From: Chiloscyllium plagiosum
Taxonomy: Eukaryota
Direction of reading: 5' to 3'
Length of the DNA: 58,932 nucleotides
NCBI RefSeq assembly: GCF_004010195.1
Contig: NW_025215017.1
Location: forward strand, 1 to 58,932
Below the pieces are notes generated by a model. It made no database searches. It was not told the origin of the DNA and saw nothing but the letters and a program-made list of their open reading frames with translations. Positions 12,050 through 24,265 of this stretch are shown here, piece by piece. How positions within the stretch are numbered: the first letter of the stretch is position 1; each line of letters begins with the position of its first letter. The position numbers and the translations under genes were made by a program.

Positions 12050-14680
12050 GCCGGAAGAAATAGGAGCAGGACTAGGCCGTTCAGCCTCTTGAGCCTGCTC
12101 TGCCGTTCAGTAGAATCATGGCTGATCTGACATACCTCACATCCATTTGCATGCCCTTTTCCGCTGACGCTTGATTGCCTTGCTGATCAAGAACCTATCA
12201 CAGCTTTAAATATACGCAAGAACTCTGCTCCTGCAGCCTCTCTGTGGCAAAGAGTTCCAAAGACACTCAACCCGCTGAGAGAAGAACTTGGAACCCTTTA
12301 ATTTTCAGAGTATGCCCTCTGGTCCTAGGTATTCCCATGAGAATCCTGTGTGTCTCAATGAGATCACCTCTCCTACTTCTGAACAGCAGTGAGTGGAGTC
12401 TCAACCTGTTTAACCTTTGCTGACAAGGCAATGCCTCCCAATCATCCTAGTGAACATTATCTGAACTTTCTCCAATGAAATAATCTTTCCTTCAATACGG
12501 GAACCAAAACTACTCTCATTACCCCATACAGCTGCAGTAAGACTTCACTACTCTTATACTTCAAGCCCCTTGAAATAAGGACCAGCATTCCATGAGCTTT
12601 CCTGATTACCTACTGTATCTATGTGCTAGTTTTCTTTTGTACACAAGTACCCCCAAGTCCTTTTTGTGTTATATCTTTTTGCAGTTTTTCTCCATTGAAA
12701 TTGAGTCATAGAGATATACTACGTCAGTCCAACTCGTGCATGCTGAACAGCTATCCCAACCCAATCTAGTCCCACCTGCCAGCACCTGGCCCATATCCCT
12801 CCAAACCCTTCCTATTCATATACCCATCCAGATGTCTTTTAAATGTTGCAATTGTACTAGCCTCCACCACTGCCTCTGCCAGCCCATTCCACACGCGCAC
12901 CACGCTCTGCATGAAAAAGTTGCCCCTTAGGTTTCTTTAATATCTTTCCCCTCTCACCCTAAACCTATGCCCTCTAGTTCTGGACTCCCCCACACCAGGC
13001 AAAAGACCTTGTCTATTTACCCTATTCATGCCCCTCATGATTTTATAAACCTCAATGAGGTTACCCCTCAGCCTCTGACGCTCCAGGGAAAACAACCCTA
13101 GCCTATTCAACCTCTCCTTACAGCTCAAATCCTCCAACCCTGGCAATATCCTTGTAAATCTTTTCTGAACCCTTTCAAGTTTCACAACATCCTTCAGATA
13201 GGAAGGAGCCCAGAATTGCATGCAGTATTCCAAAAGTGGCCTAATCAATGTCCTGTACAGTCACAATATGACCTCCCAACTCCTGTACTCAATACTCTGA
13301 CCAATAAAGGAAAGTATACCAAATACTGCCTTCACTATCCTATCTACCTGTGACTCCACTTTCAAGGAGCTATGAACCTGCACTCCAAGGTCTCTGTGTT
13401 CAGCAACACCCCCGAGGACCTTACCATTAAGTGTATAAATCCTGGTAAGATTTGGTTTCCCAAAATGCAGCACCTCACATTTATCCAACTTAAACTCCAT
13501 CTGCTACTCCTCAGCCCATTGGCCCATCTGATCAAGATCCCATTGTAATCCGAGCTAACCTTATTCGCTGTCCACTACACCTCCAATTTTGGTGTCACCT
13601 GCAAACTTACTATCTGTACCTCTTATGCTCACATCTAAATCATTTATATAAATGACAAAACGTAGTGGACCCAGCACCAATCTTTGTAGCACTCCACTGG
13701 TCACAGGCCTCCAGTGTGAAAAACAACCCTCCACCACCACCCTCTGCTTCCTACCTTTGAGCCACTTCTGTATCCAAATGGCTAGTTCTCCCTGTATTCC
13801 GTGAGATCTATCCTTGCTAACTAGTCTCTCATGGGGAACCTTGTCGAACGCCTTACTGAAGTCCATATAGATCACGTCTACCACTCTGCTCTCATCAATT
13901 CTCTTTGTTATTTCTTCAAAAAACTCAATCATGTTTGTGAGATGTGATTTCCCATGCACAAAGCCACGTTAACTATCCCTAATCAGTCCTTGCCTTTCCA
14001 AATACAAGTACATCCTGTCCCTCAGGATTCCCTCCAACAACTTGTCAGGCTCACTCGTTTATAGTTCCGGGCTTGTCCTTACTGCCTTTCTTAAGTAGTG
14101 GCTTCACGTGAGCCAGCCTCCAGTCTTCCGGTACCTCACCTGTGACTATCGATGATAGGCCAGCAATCACTTCCCTCACTTCCCACAGAGTTCTAGGGTA
14201 CACCTGATCAGGACCTCGGGATTTATCTATTTTATGCATCTCAAGACATCCAACACTTCCTCCTCTGTAATCTGGACATTTTTCAAGATGTCACCATCTA
14301 TTTCCCTAATATTCTGTTCTTTTGTTCTCTTTTCCAAAATGAACAAGTTCACATTTTAATTTGCCAACATTTTTCCTACTTATTTAGCCTGTTAATGTCC
14401 ATCTATAAACTATTTGTGTCCCACTCACAACCTGCCTTTCCATCTATTTTTGTGTTGTCTACAAATTTGGCTACAGTACATTTGTTTCCTTCCTCCAAGT
14501 CATTAATATATACTGTAAACATTTGTGGTCCAAGCACTGATCTTTGTGAACCCCACTGGTTACAGGTTGCCAACCTGAAAAAAAGCCCCATCCCATTTGC
14601 TGTTTTCTCCCCATTAGCCAATTCTCTATCTGTACTGCCTCCAACACTGTGGGCTCTTATCTTAAGACTTAATGTTTTGT
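12050..14680 (-). mobile_element. Older CR1 LINE split by a younger CR1 insertion
   Basis: 3' UTR at about 12050 (gaaataggagcaggactaggcc); body stops at 12702 and resumes at 14307; ORF 14403..14621 has SVLGPQMFTVYINDL..KFVDNTK. Confidence 0.8.
12703..14306 (-). mobile_element. Younger CR1/HER1-type LINE, 5'-truncated, RT domain
   Basis: ORFs 12937-14239: DKSRGPDQVYPRTL, VDVIYMDFSKAFDKVPH, LVLGPLRFVIYINDL, KFAGDTK, RPLLEYCMQFWAP, GESRTRGHRF. Confidence 0.92.
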
Positions 14681-14802
14681 GAATGTTGAATGTCTTATGG
14701 AAGCATCAGAGGACATCAGATGATGTAATTTAGAATCCATCCAGATTGCAAATGATCATACTGAACAGTCAAGCATTTAATGGTGATTACAGCTCATTAA
14801 AT

Positions 14803-16492
14803 ATCCCTGTCCCCTCCCTCCAGGCACAAATGCTAATTGGAATTGAAGTCGTAATGGGGATGGAGCAGAAATCAGACAGTGGTGACTTTGGGAGGTTTAA
14901 CAAGTCCTGTGTAACACATCGCTGGCAGGAAAGGGGGTGGGGTGGGACCATGACATGGGGCGATGAGGGAAAAGGGAGAGACCCCAGGGACGATAAAATG
15001 CAAGCTCAGAATCTGGTAAGCTATAGCCTCAACACTGGAGGAGTTAGAAATAGGTGTAGATCTGAGGTTGGGGAATGGAGAATGGGAAGAGATGTAGCCC
15101 TGAGACTTGAGCAGGTGAGGGTACAAAGAAGCACAGCCACAATAATCTATGTCTGCATCAAATGCAGCTTGCTACACCCTATGATATTTTTTTAAAAAGC
15201 ACATTTTGCTGCATACTTTCAAAGATTTCCCAGCAGCTTCCCCAATCCTTCCGTTTCAACTGGAATTTACCCTTCTGTCTGATCATTCTCCAGTTCTACA
15301 TTCCCCACTCTGCCAGGGTGACCAAATCCATGGATAAAATAAGGGATGCTCCACCAGTGGAGATAGGGTGGGGAGATGATGAACAAATAGTCAATAACAT
15401 AAATGCAGCAATACTGAAAAAAATAAGAGTGCAATGGAATTTAAATTCAAAAGTATATAATGAAAAAATGAAGACTAGCATATCACCAATTCACCAAGTT
15501 TCCTTCGACAGCACCTTTCACACCTGTGATCTCTACAACCTAGAAGGACAATAACAGTTGATGCATGGGAATACCACCATCTGCAACTCCCTCCCCAACC
15601 CACACAATATATTTAATTAGAATTACATTGCCTTCCCTTCATTGTCACTGAGTCAAACACCTGGAGCTCTATTTCTGAAGCATCTGACTACTTGTCTGCC
15701 ATTCTAGAGTACCTGACTGCTGAGATTCTGGGGACACAATACAACCCAGAATGACAAAGGAGATCTGTGCTACCCCTTACCCCGACAGCTTGCCATCCAC
15801 TATTATGAAGCACTCAACAAGCTGCTGGTAGGAGTCACCACAGTCCAGCTCATGGTCTTATCAGAAAACCAGCTATCCCAGCAAGATTTATATCAAAAGG
15901 GACAAGTTGAGAAAAAGTTAAAAACATATTGTGAATAAAATGTTTAGAGAGAAGCTCCATAATCTAATGTCTATCAGAATCACAATTTTGTAGTTCACCT
16001 GTGCTTCTGATTCTCCATCAAAGCTCCTTCCTGTCATGCTGTGAGTCAAAACCACCCAAAATTCAGGCTAGCCTCCTCAGGCCTATTGGAAACATACTAG
16101 ATTATTGTGGCTGTGTGTCTTAGTACCCTCAGCTGCCCAAGTCTCAGGACTACATCTCTTCCCATTCTCTATCCCCCAACCTCAGATCTACACCTATTCC
16201 TAACTCCCCCAGTGTTAAGGCTTTGGCTTACCAGATTCTGAGTTTGTATTTTATCGTCCCTGGGGTCTCTCCCTCTTTCCTCCTCCCCCCCCATGTCATG
16301 GTCCCATCTCACCCCTTTTCCTGCCAGCGATGTGTTACCCAGACTTATTCAACCTCCCAAAGTCACCACTGTCTGATATCTGCTCCACCCCCCATTACAA
16401 CTTGGACTCCTTGCTGTTCTCAACCTGAACTATCAATTAGCACAACTTCAGATCCAACTAGCATTTGTGCCTGGGGAGAAGGGACCAGGGAT
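14803..16492. repeat. Long inverted repeat: arms 14803-15149 and 16098-16492
   Basis: Arms are reverse complements along their length, e.g. cagccacaataatcta / tagattattgtggctg and cagacagtggtgactttgggagg / cctcccaaagtcaccactgtctg. Confidence 0.92.
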
Positions 16493-17234
16493 GAGAGACA
16501 AGTGTGGGGAATCAAAGGGGAATGACCAAGTGGGCCAGAGGATGCAGGGTGTGACAGAGAGCAGAAAGGGGTTAGAATGATCAGTGGGGGGGAGAGGCGA
16601 GGCCTAGGTCTATAATAACGTATAATGATAAAAAATGTATTGTATTATTGCAACAAATCATTGTAACTACAACAATAAATATAACTTTATTAATAACAAT
16701 GATCATTGTCATGATTTGGCAATGTTAAACACTCACACTCACAACTGCGTTTGATAACATATCGGAGATTGTCTGAGTGCTTCCTTTTCTTTTTAAACTT
16801 TCACAGCTTGCAGCTGAGGCTTAGAAAACATATGATCTGAGTTGTTCCTCTTCTTGATTACATCTAGGCTCATCAAGTTGTTTTCAGTTTATTTTCAACT
16901 ATTTTAGTTGAATACTGAGCATTTAAAAGTAAAATAAATATTTTCAATTAACAATTGCCTGGAGTGCTGGGTGATTTCATTTCATGGTTGTTGATTTCAA
17001 TAGATTATTACAGGTGTAAACTGATGACTGACTGCTTTAGAACACATATTGGATGTTTTGCTCATCACAAATGAGTTTGATCAAATGCTGTTGAGCTAAA
17101 AGCAATGCCAAATTTTTCTGGTAGGATTGGATAAACACCTGAAGGAAAGCATTTTTATGAGGTTTGCAGAAAAGGGAGTGGCGTTTGACATAGTTGTAAT
17201 GATCTGGGAACATAGGTTTGAAATCCACTGTAGC

Positions 17235-17700
17235 AGATAGTCATATGGTTGTACAGCACGGAAACGGACCCTGCGGTCTAACTTGTCCAAGCAAACCAAA
17301 TATCTTAAATTAATCTAGACCCTTATGGGAGCACTTGACCCATATCCCTCTAAACCCTTCCTAATCATGTACCCATCCACATGCCATTTAAATGTTAAAA
17401 TTTTAAAAGGCCTCCAACACTTCCTCTGGCAGCTCATTCCATACATGCACCACTCTTTGTGTGAAAAAGTTGTCCCTTAGGTCCCTTTTAAATCTTTCCC
17501 CTCTCACCCTAAACCTACGCCCTCTAGTTCTTGCTTCCCCCAACCCAGGGAAAAGAAATATCCATTTCCCTCATGATTTTATAAACTTCTATAAGATCAC
17601 TCCCCAGCTTCTGATGCTCCAGGGAAAACAGCCCCAGCCTATTCAGCCTCTCCCCATAGCTCAAATCCTCCAACCTTGGCAACATCTTTATAAATCATAG
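17235..17700 (-). mobile_element. CR1/HER1 3' fragment
   Basis: Closely similar to 12703-13160 (aaatctttcccctctcaccctaaacctacgccctctagttc). Confidence 0.88.
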
Positions 17701-17719
17701 TGAAATTTGTACCAGATAG

Positions 17720-17905
17720 AAAGCTAGTCTAATGGTGACCATTGTTAGTTGTCAGTAAAACCTGTCTGGTTCACTTTAGGAAAAGAAATCAGTCATCATT
17801 ATCTGGTCTTTCCTGCATGTGACTTCACACCTACAGCAACATGGTTTTTGGGGCAATGAGGGCTGGACAACAAATGCTGGCATAGCTAGTAATGCCCACA
17901 TCCTG
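17720..17905 (+). mobile_element. Decayed SINE-like repeat ending in the family-B LINE tail
   Basis: ctggttcactttaggaaaagaaatc...gtgacttcacacctacagcaacatgg core followed by gggcaatgagggctggacaacaaatgctggc tail; family name not assigned. Confidence 0.55.
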
Positions 17906-18854
17906 TTCTACACTCAGTCCCGCCCTCTACCAGGTAGTGTTTCCTTCCCCTTTTCTCATAGGCAGGGCTCACCCCTACCCTTGGTGCTCCCTTTTTCCTG
18001 CAGCCCTAGACATTATTTATTCCCTCCCATCCCTGATCTCCTTCCTCTCATTCTGGAGTCCCTGGTCCCTGTCTGGCTGTGTTGCAAAAGTCAAAATTAT
18101 CAGAAAGGCTATGAATTGCAAAATGACATCAATTCATTTGACATCTGCAGCACACTGGTAGCAATTGAGGCTTAAATCCAAATTTTGTTTGGGTTTACTT
18201 GATACTGTGTTGACTTGATACTCATTTCAGACAAAATTCAATTAGCATGGTTAGCATTTCCCTCAGTGGAATGCGTATGCCTGATCATTACGTGAGAATA
18301 AGGTTGAGGCCCTCTTTCATCACCTCACATAGAAAAATTGTCAATGTGCTATACCTAAGGTCACACACATCTATAAATTGACCAACTGGTATAGTACCAG
18401 ATATGTCCAGCTGGGATCAAAGAGGAAAGCAAGGAACAGGATGGGGTGCTTTGTAACAGGTTTCATATATTGACTGAGTAGGTACCTGCAGCACTGGTCT
18501 CTTAAATCTCTATGCAAGACAGAAAGGGAATATTATCCAGAATTACAGAATTTTTATTCTTAACTGTTATGTATTATCCTTGCTGTAGAATACATGGCTG
18601 CACATGCTGAATGAGGATGTGATTGACAACTCTGAGGTTGGTTAAATAATGGTTACAAACTAAGCATGTATGTAAGAAATGACAATTTAAATGTGCTAGA
18701 CTTGTAATGCAGATTTAATTATCACTTTTGAAAGAGAAACAAAGAGGAGAAAATTGGATTATTTCTAATAAATGAAAAAATATCATTTCTGTTTCATTAA
18801 GTACCACAAGTTTTCTTTAGTGGCTAAAATATCATGTTTTAAAATGTTTGTTGA

Positions 18855-18974
<120 letters not shown>

Positions 18975-20754
18975 TAAAACTTTATTGGTTTTTATTACTA
19001 TTTGTTCTTCTCAAACAGTTTCCAACTAGAAGTTGGCTAAAAGGGTTGCTTCAGCTCTACTGCTTTTCTACAAAGTAAATATTTGTTCAAGCTGAATTCA
19101 GTAATGCTGTCTATGTGCATGTGCCAAGACTGAATGCTAGTGTATGTTAAATGTTGCTTGAAAAAAAAAGATTGGTTTCTCTCTCCCATTGAGTGTCATA
19201 AGTAATTGATTCCAGGATTTCCTCCTGACTATTACAGTAGCCAGCACTTGCATATCTCTAGACAAGGATCTATTTAGAAACAGCATCCGGTACTTGATGT
19301 CATTAGGGAACTTCCAGTGACTGAAAATTTCTTCAGATGTTGTTATAGCCTGAAAGGCCTCATGATTCATCTACTGGTCAAATATCAAATATCATTTCAG
19401 CCAATTAAATCTGTGAAAATAAATCTTACATATCTTAACAAACACAATCTGTTAGAATAATCAACATGACAGCTCAGAAATTAGCTCTCATCAGAGCTAA
19501 TTTAGCAGGTCAAACATAAAAGGTGTACAAATTCATTAGATCTGGCAGCATGATTGGGGAGAGATTGAGTTAATTATGCGAGTGTGTCTTTGACATGTGA
19601 GTTTTGTGTTTCATACACATAACTTATTTACTTTTTTTGATCTTGTATTAACTTCCCACTGCATTTTGGAATAGAAGATGAGGCTTTCGGAGGCCACCCT
19701 CCTGCCTAGTACCAGTGCCTCTGTTTTCTCCAAGTTGGGACATCCTGCTTACTGATTGGCAAACCAACTACTTTTCTTGCTTGCTGGAAAGGCAGATAAT
19801 TGGAAAGGTGGTGAGTTGAGTGTCATTAGTGGCTGTTAATTGGTCACTTTGGGCTTAATTGCTTGTGAGTCAGGAAAGTCCCTTTTCACTCAGTACTTCA
19901 TGAGTAAGGGGGTGAGTATCTTTCCAGGGTCAACTCACTCATTAGTTCCCCTTCTCAGCAACTCTTCCATGACCTCCAGGGAGGGTCAAATTGCACCTTA
20001 TGCTTTCATCTGGCTACATCGTCTGTCACCCTGTGTTGTGCTATTGCACCAGAAGCCTAATCACTTTTTGATTATTTGTCATTTGTTCAAGAAGAAAATT
20101 TTTAGTGTGTACCTATTAATGCTGACAGGATCTCACCTGCACTTTAAATCTGGATAGCATAGTACAACTCATTAGAGAATTTTTACATGTATTGACTTAC
20201 CATTAATGCTAAAGGAAGTCTCTCCTGACAAGTGAGTTAGCAGAATCGGACAATGCTTGAATGAGACAAAACAGAATGAGTGCTTGTGGAACCAACTGAA
20301 AAGTAGGAATTTGGTGCATAGTGGGGAAAAGATGATTTAAATAAGGTTTGTTGCAAGATGGGGAAACATTGTTCCTTTTCATAAAAGCATCAAGCACAAA
20401 AACATGGTTATAAGTTAAATTGCAAAAGAAACACTTATGAGCTGACTAATTTTTTTATTTTGCTGAGTAAGCAGTTAGATCATAGAACAACTTCATGGTG
20501 GACGCAGGGTCAGTTGAGGCATTCAAAATGGCTTTGGATGATTACTTAAATTGAAATATGATTCAGGGGAAAAGACAGGAGAATGGCACTGAGTCATAAT
20601 ACTCATTCTAAGAGCTGGAGCAGACACAATGGGCTAAATGGCCTCCTCCTGTACTAAAACAATTCTGCAATAAACTATGTTTTAAAGGCTAGTTATTGAT
20701 CAAATGAGCATTATCATCATGCACCGAATAATTTTAATATTTCACTGGAAATAA

Positions 20755-20985
<231 letters not shown>

Positions 20986-21705
20986 TGAATTATGTGTCAA
21001 AAGTGTAACCATTCTGTACCCAATGCAAGGAAGGGCAATTTTGATATGTACACTTTCAGAAAGTGACTTCTTTCTACACAAGGTGACATTTATCAGAACT
21101 TACTTTGAGCAGACTGATGATATTCTGGTTATTTATCCTAACTGCCTAAAGTTTGACTTATCTTTTGACTACTATCGCCGAACTGCTGTGATCTTTATTC
21201 AACTCAATGAACCGGAGTGATTAGCGTCCAATTTATAAGGGGAGAGAAGGAGATACTTTTGTTGGGGTGAGACTGAAAATCTGAAAGAAAGTGAAGAACC
21301 TGATGAGTTTAACAAGTTGAAGTTTAAGAAAAAGAATGAAACTGGATGGATCGTCCAACATCGACTGATGCACTGGCAATGTCTGTCAAACCCAGCACTT
21401 TCAACACTGCAAAATCCTCCTTCCTGAGAAATGGGGGCTTGTCCCACAGAGTGGTCAAGTGGCAAACTGACATAGTCATACTCCAAAGGGTAATACTTTG
21501 CAGACAATGTCCAGACACCACTAACATCACTCCGAGTGCATACTGTCTCAAAACAGGGCAGACCAAGTAGAGATGATGCCACAGTAAATAGGGAGCCCTT
21601 AACATTGACATAGGACTTCATGAAGATTCATGGTCCTATGATCAAAAAATGGGCAACAGAACTTGCTAATTACCATTAGCACCACTTCCCACACCTTTTT
21701 AAAGA

Positions 21706-24265
21706 GAATGGGGGGGGGGGGGGGGGGTAAAAGAGAAAGGGGAGAAGCATTGTTAATTAGGGAGTGCATCACAGCTGCAGAAAAGGAGGTTGTTGAGGAG
21801 GGTTTGTCTATTGAGTCAGTATGGGTGGAAGTCAATAACAGGGAAGGAGCAGTCACTTTATTGGGTGTTTTTTTATAGATCCTCAATAGCAGCAGAGAAT
21901 TGGAAGAAGAGATTGGGCAGCAGGTCTTGGAAAGTGCAGATGTAACAGAGTTGTTGTTATGGGTAACTTCAACTTCCCCAATATTGATTGGAACCTCCTT
22001 AGTGCAGATGGTCTGGATTGAGTCGATTTTGTCAGGTGTGTCCAGGAAGGATTCCTGACTCAATATGTAGATAGACTAGGGGTGAGGCTATATTGGATTT
22101 GGTGCTAGGCAACAAGCCAGGACAGGTGTCAAATCTCTCGGTGGGAGAGCATTTTGGTGACAGTGACCACAACTGCCTCACCTTACCTTGCTGTGGAGAG
22201 GAATAGGAACAGACAGTATTGGAAAGTATTTAATTTGGGGAGGGAAAATTAAACTGCTATGAAACAGGAGCTATGGAGTATAAATTGGGAATAATTGTTC
22301 TACGGGAAATGCACATCAGAAATGTGGAGGCTCTTTAAGGATCACTTGATACAAATGTTGGATAACGTTGTCCCACTGAGTCAGGCAAGAAATGGTAAGG
22401 TGAAGGAGCCTTGGATGACAAGAAAAGAGGATCTTCTCATCAAGAGGGAGAAGGAAGCTTACTTAAGATTGAGGACTTAAGGATCTGGCACAGCTTTAGA
22501 GGATTATAGGGTAGCTCGGAAAGAATTCAAAAATGGACTGAGAAGAGCCAGGAAGGGGCATGAAAATGTCTTGGCGAGAAGGATTAGCAAAAACCCAAAG
22601 GCGTTCTACGCTTATGTGAGGACTTTAAGAATGACCAGAGAGAGGGTAGGCCGATCAGGGATACTGGAGGGAATTTGTGCCTGGAGTCTGAAGAGGTAGG
22701 GGAGGCCCTATATGAGTTTTTTGCTTCAGTATTCACTAGAGAGAGGAACCTTGTTGATAGTGAGAACACCAAGGACCAGGTTAATAGGCTTGAATAGATT
22801 GATATTAAGAAAGTGGATATGCTGGAAATCCTGGGAAGCGTCAAGATAGATAAGTCCCCAGTGCCATATCAGATATATCCAAGGTTACTACGGGAAGCGA
22901 GGAATGAGATTGCTGCGCCTCTGGTGATGATCTTTGCATCTTCTGTTTCCACCAGAGTAGTATCAGATGATTCGAGGGAGGTGAATGTTGTTCCTCTATT
23001 CAAGAAAAGAAATCGAGCAATCCCTGGGAATTACAGTCCAGTCAGTCTTACGTCTGTGGTAAGCAAGGTACTGGAAAGGATTCTGAGAGATAGGATTTAT
23101 GACTATTTGGAAAAACGTAGTTTGATTAAAGATAGTCAGCATAGCTTTGTGAGGGGCAGTTCATGCCTCACAAGCCTTAATGAGTTCTTTGAAGATGTGA
23201 CGAGACAAGTTGACGAAGGTCGAGCAGTGAATGTGGTGTATATGGATTTCAGTAAGGCATTTGATAAGATTCCCCATGGTAGACTCAGTCAGACAGTTAA
23301 GAGGTATGGGATGCAGGGACATTTGGCTGTCTAGATACAGGATTGGCTGGCCAAAGAAGACAGCGATTGGTAGTGGATTGAAAGTATTCTACCTGGTGGT
23401 CAATGACCAGTGGTGTCCCGCAGCGATGTGTTCTTGGGCCTCTTCTCTTTGTAGCTTTTATAAATGACTTGGATGAAGAAGTGGAAGGATGGGTTAGTTG
23501 TTTGCTGATGACACAAAGGTCGGTGGTGTTGCAGATAGCCTGCAAGAGCCCTTGACACTATGACAAGACATTGCCAGGATGCAGAGCTGGGTTGAGAAGT
23601 GGCAGATGGAGTTCACCCTGGATAAATGTGAAGTGATTCATTCTGGAAGGTTGAATTTGAATGCTGAATGTAGGGTTAAAGACAGGATTCTTTGCAGTGT
23701 GGAGGAACAGTGGGATCTTGGGGTCCACGTACCTAGATCCCTCAAAGTTGCCACCCACGTTGATAGGTTGTTAAAGTGGTGTATGCTGTTTTGGCTTTCA
23801 TTAACAGGAGGATTGAGTTTAACTGCAGCTCTATAAAACCCTGCTTAGGTCACACTTGGAATATTGTATCCAGTTCTAGTTGCCTCATTATAGGAAGGAT
23901 TTAGATGCTTTAGAGGGAGTACAGAGGAGACTTAACAGGATGCTGCCTGGATTGGAGGGCATGTCTTATGAAGAGAGGTTAAGTAAGCTACGGCTTTTCG
24001 TACTGGAGAAAAGAAGGAAGAGAAGTGACTTGGTCCAGGTGTACAAGGTAATGAGAGGCATAAATAGAGTAGATCGCCAGAGACTTTTCCCCAGGGCAGA
24101 AATGGCTGTCAGGCGGGATCATAATTTTAAGGTGACTGGAGGGAGATAGAGGGGAGATGTCAGATGTAGGTACTTTACATAGAGCGTGGTGGGTGCATGG
24201 AATGCACTGCCACCAGTGGTAGTAGAGTCAGAGACATTAGGGACATTTGAGCGACTGCTAGACAA
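21706..24265 (+). mobile_element. CR1 LINE ORF2 (endonuclease + RT), decayed, lacking its 3' UTR
   Basis: ALLIRECITA..ESVWVEV..TLLGVF; SDHN; DKSPVPYQIYPRLL..NYSPVSLTSVVSKVLE..YMDFSKAFDKIPH; FADDTK; many stops and frameshifts. Confidence 0.93.
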
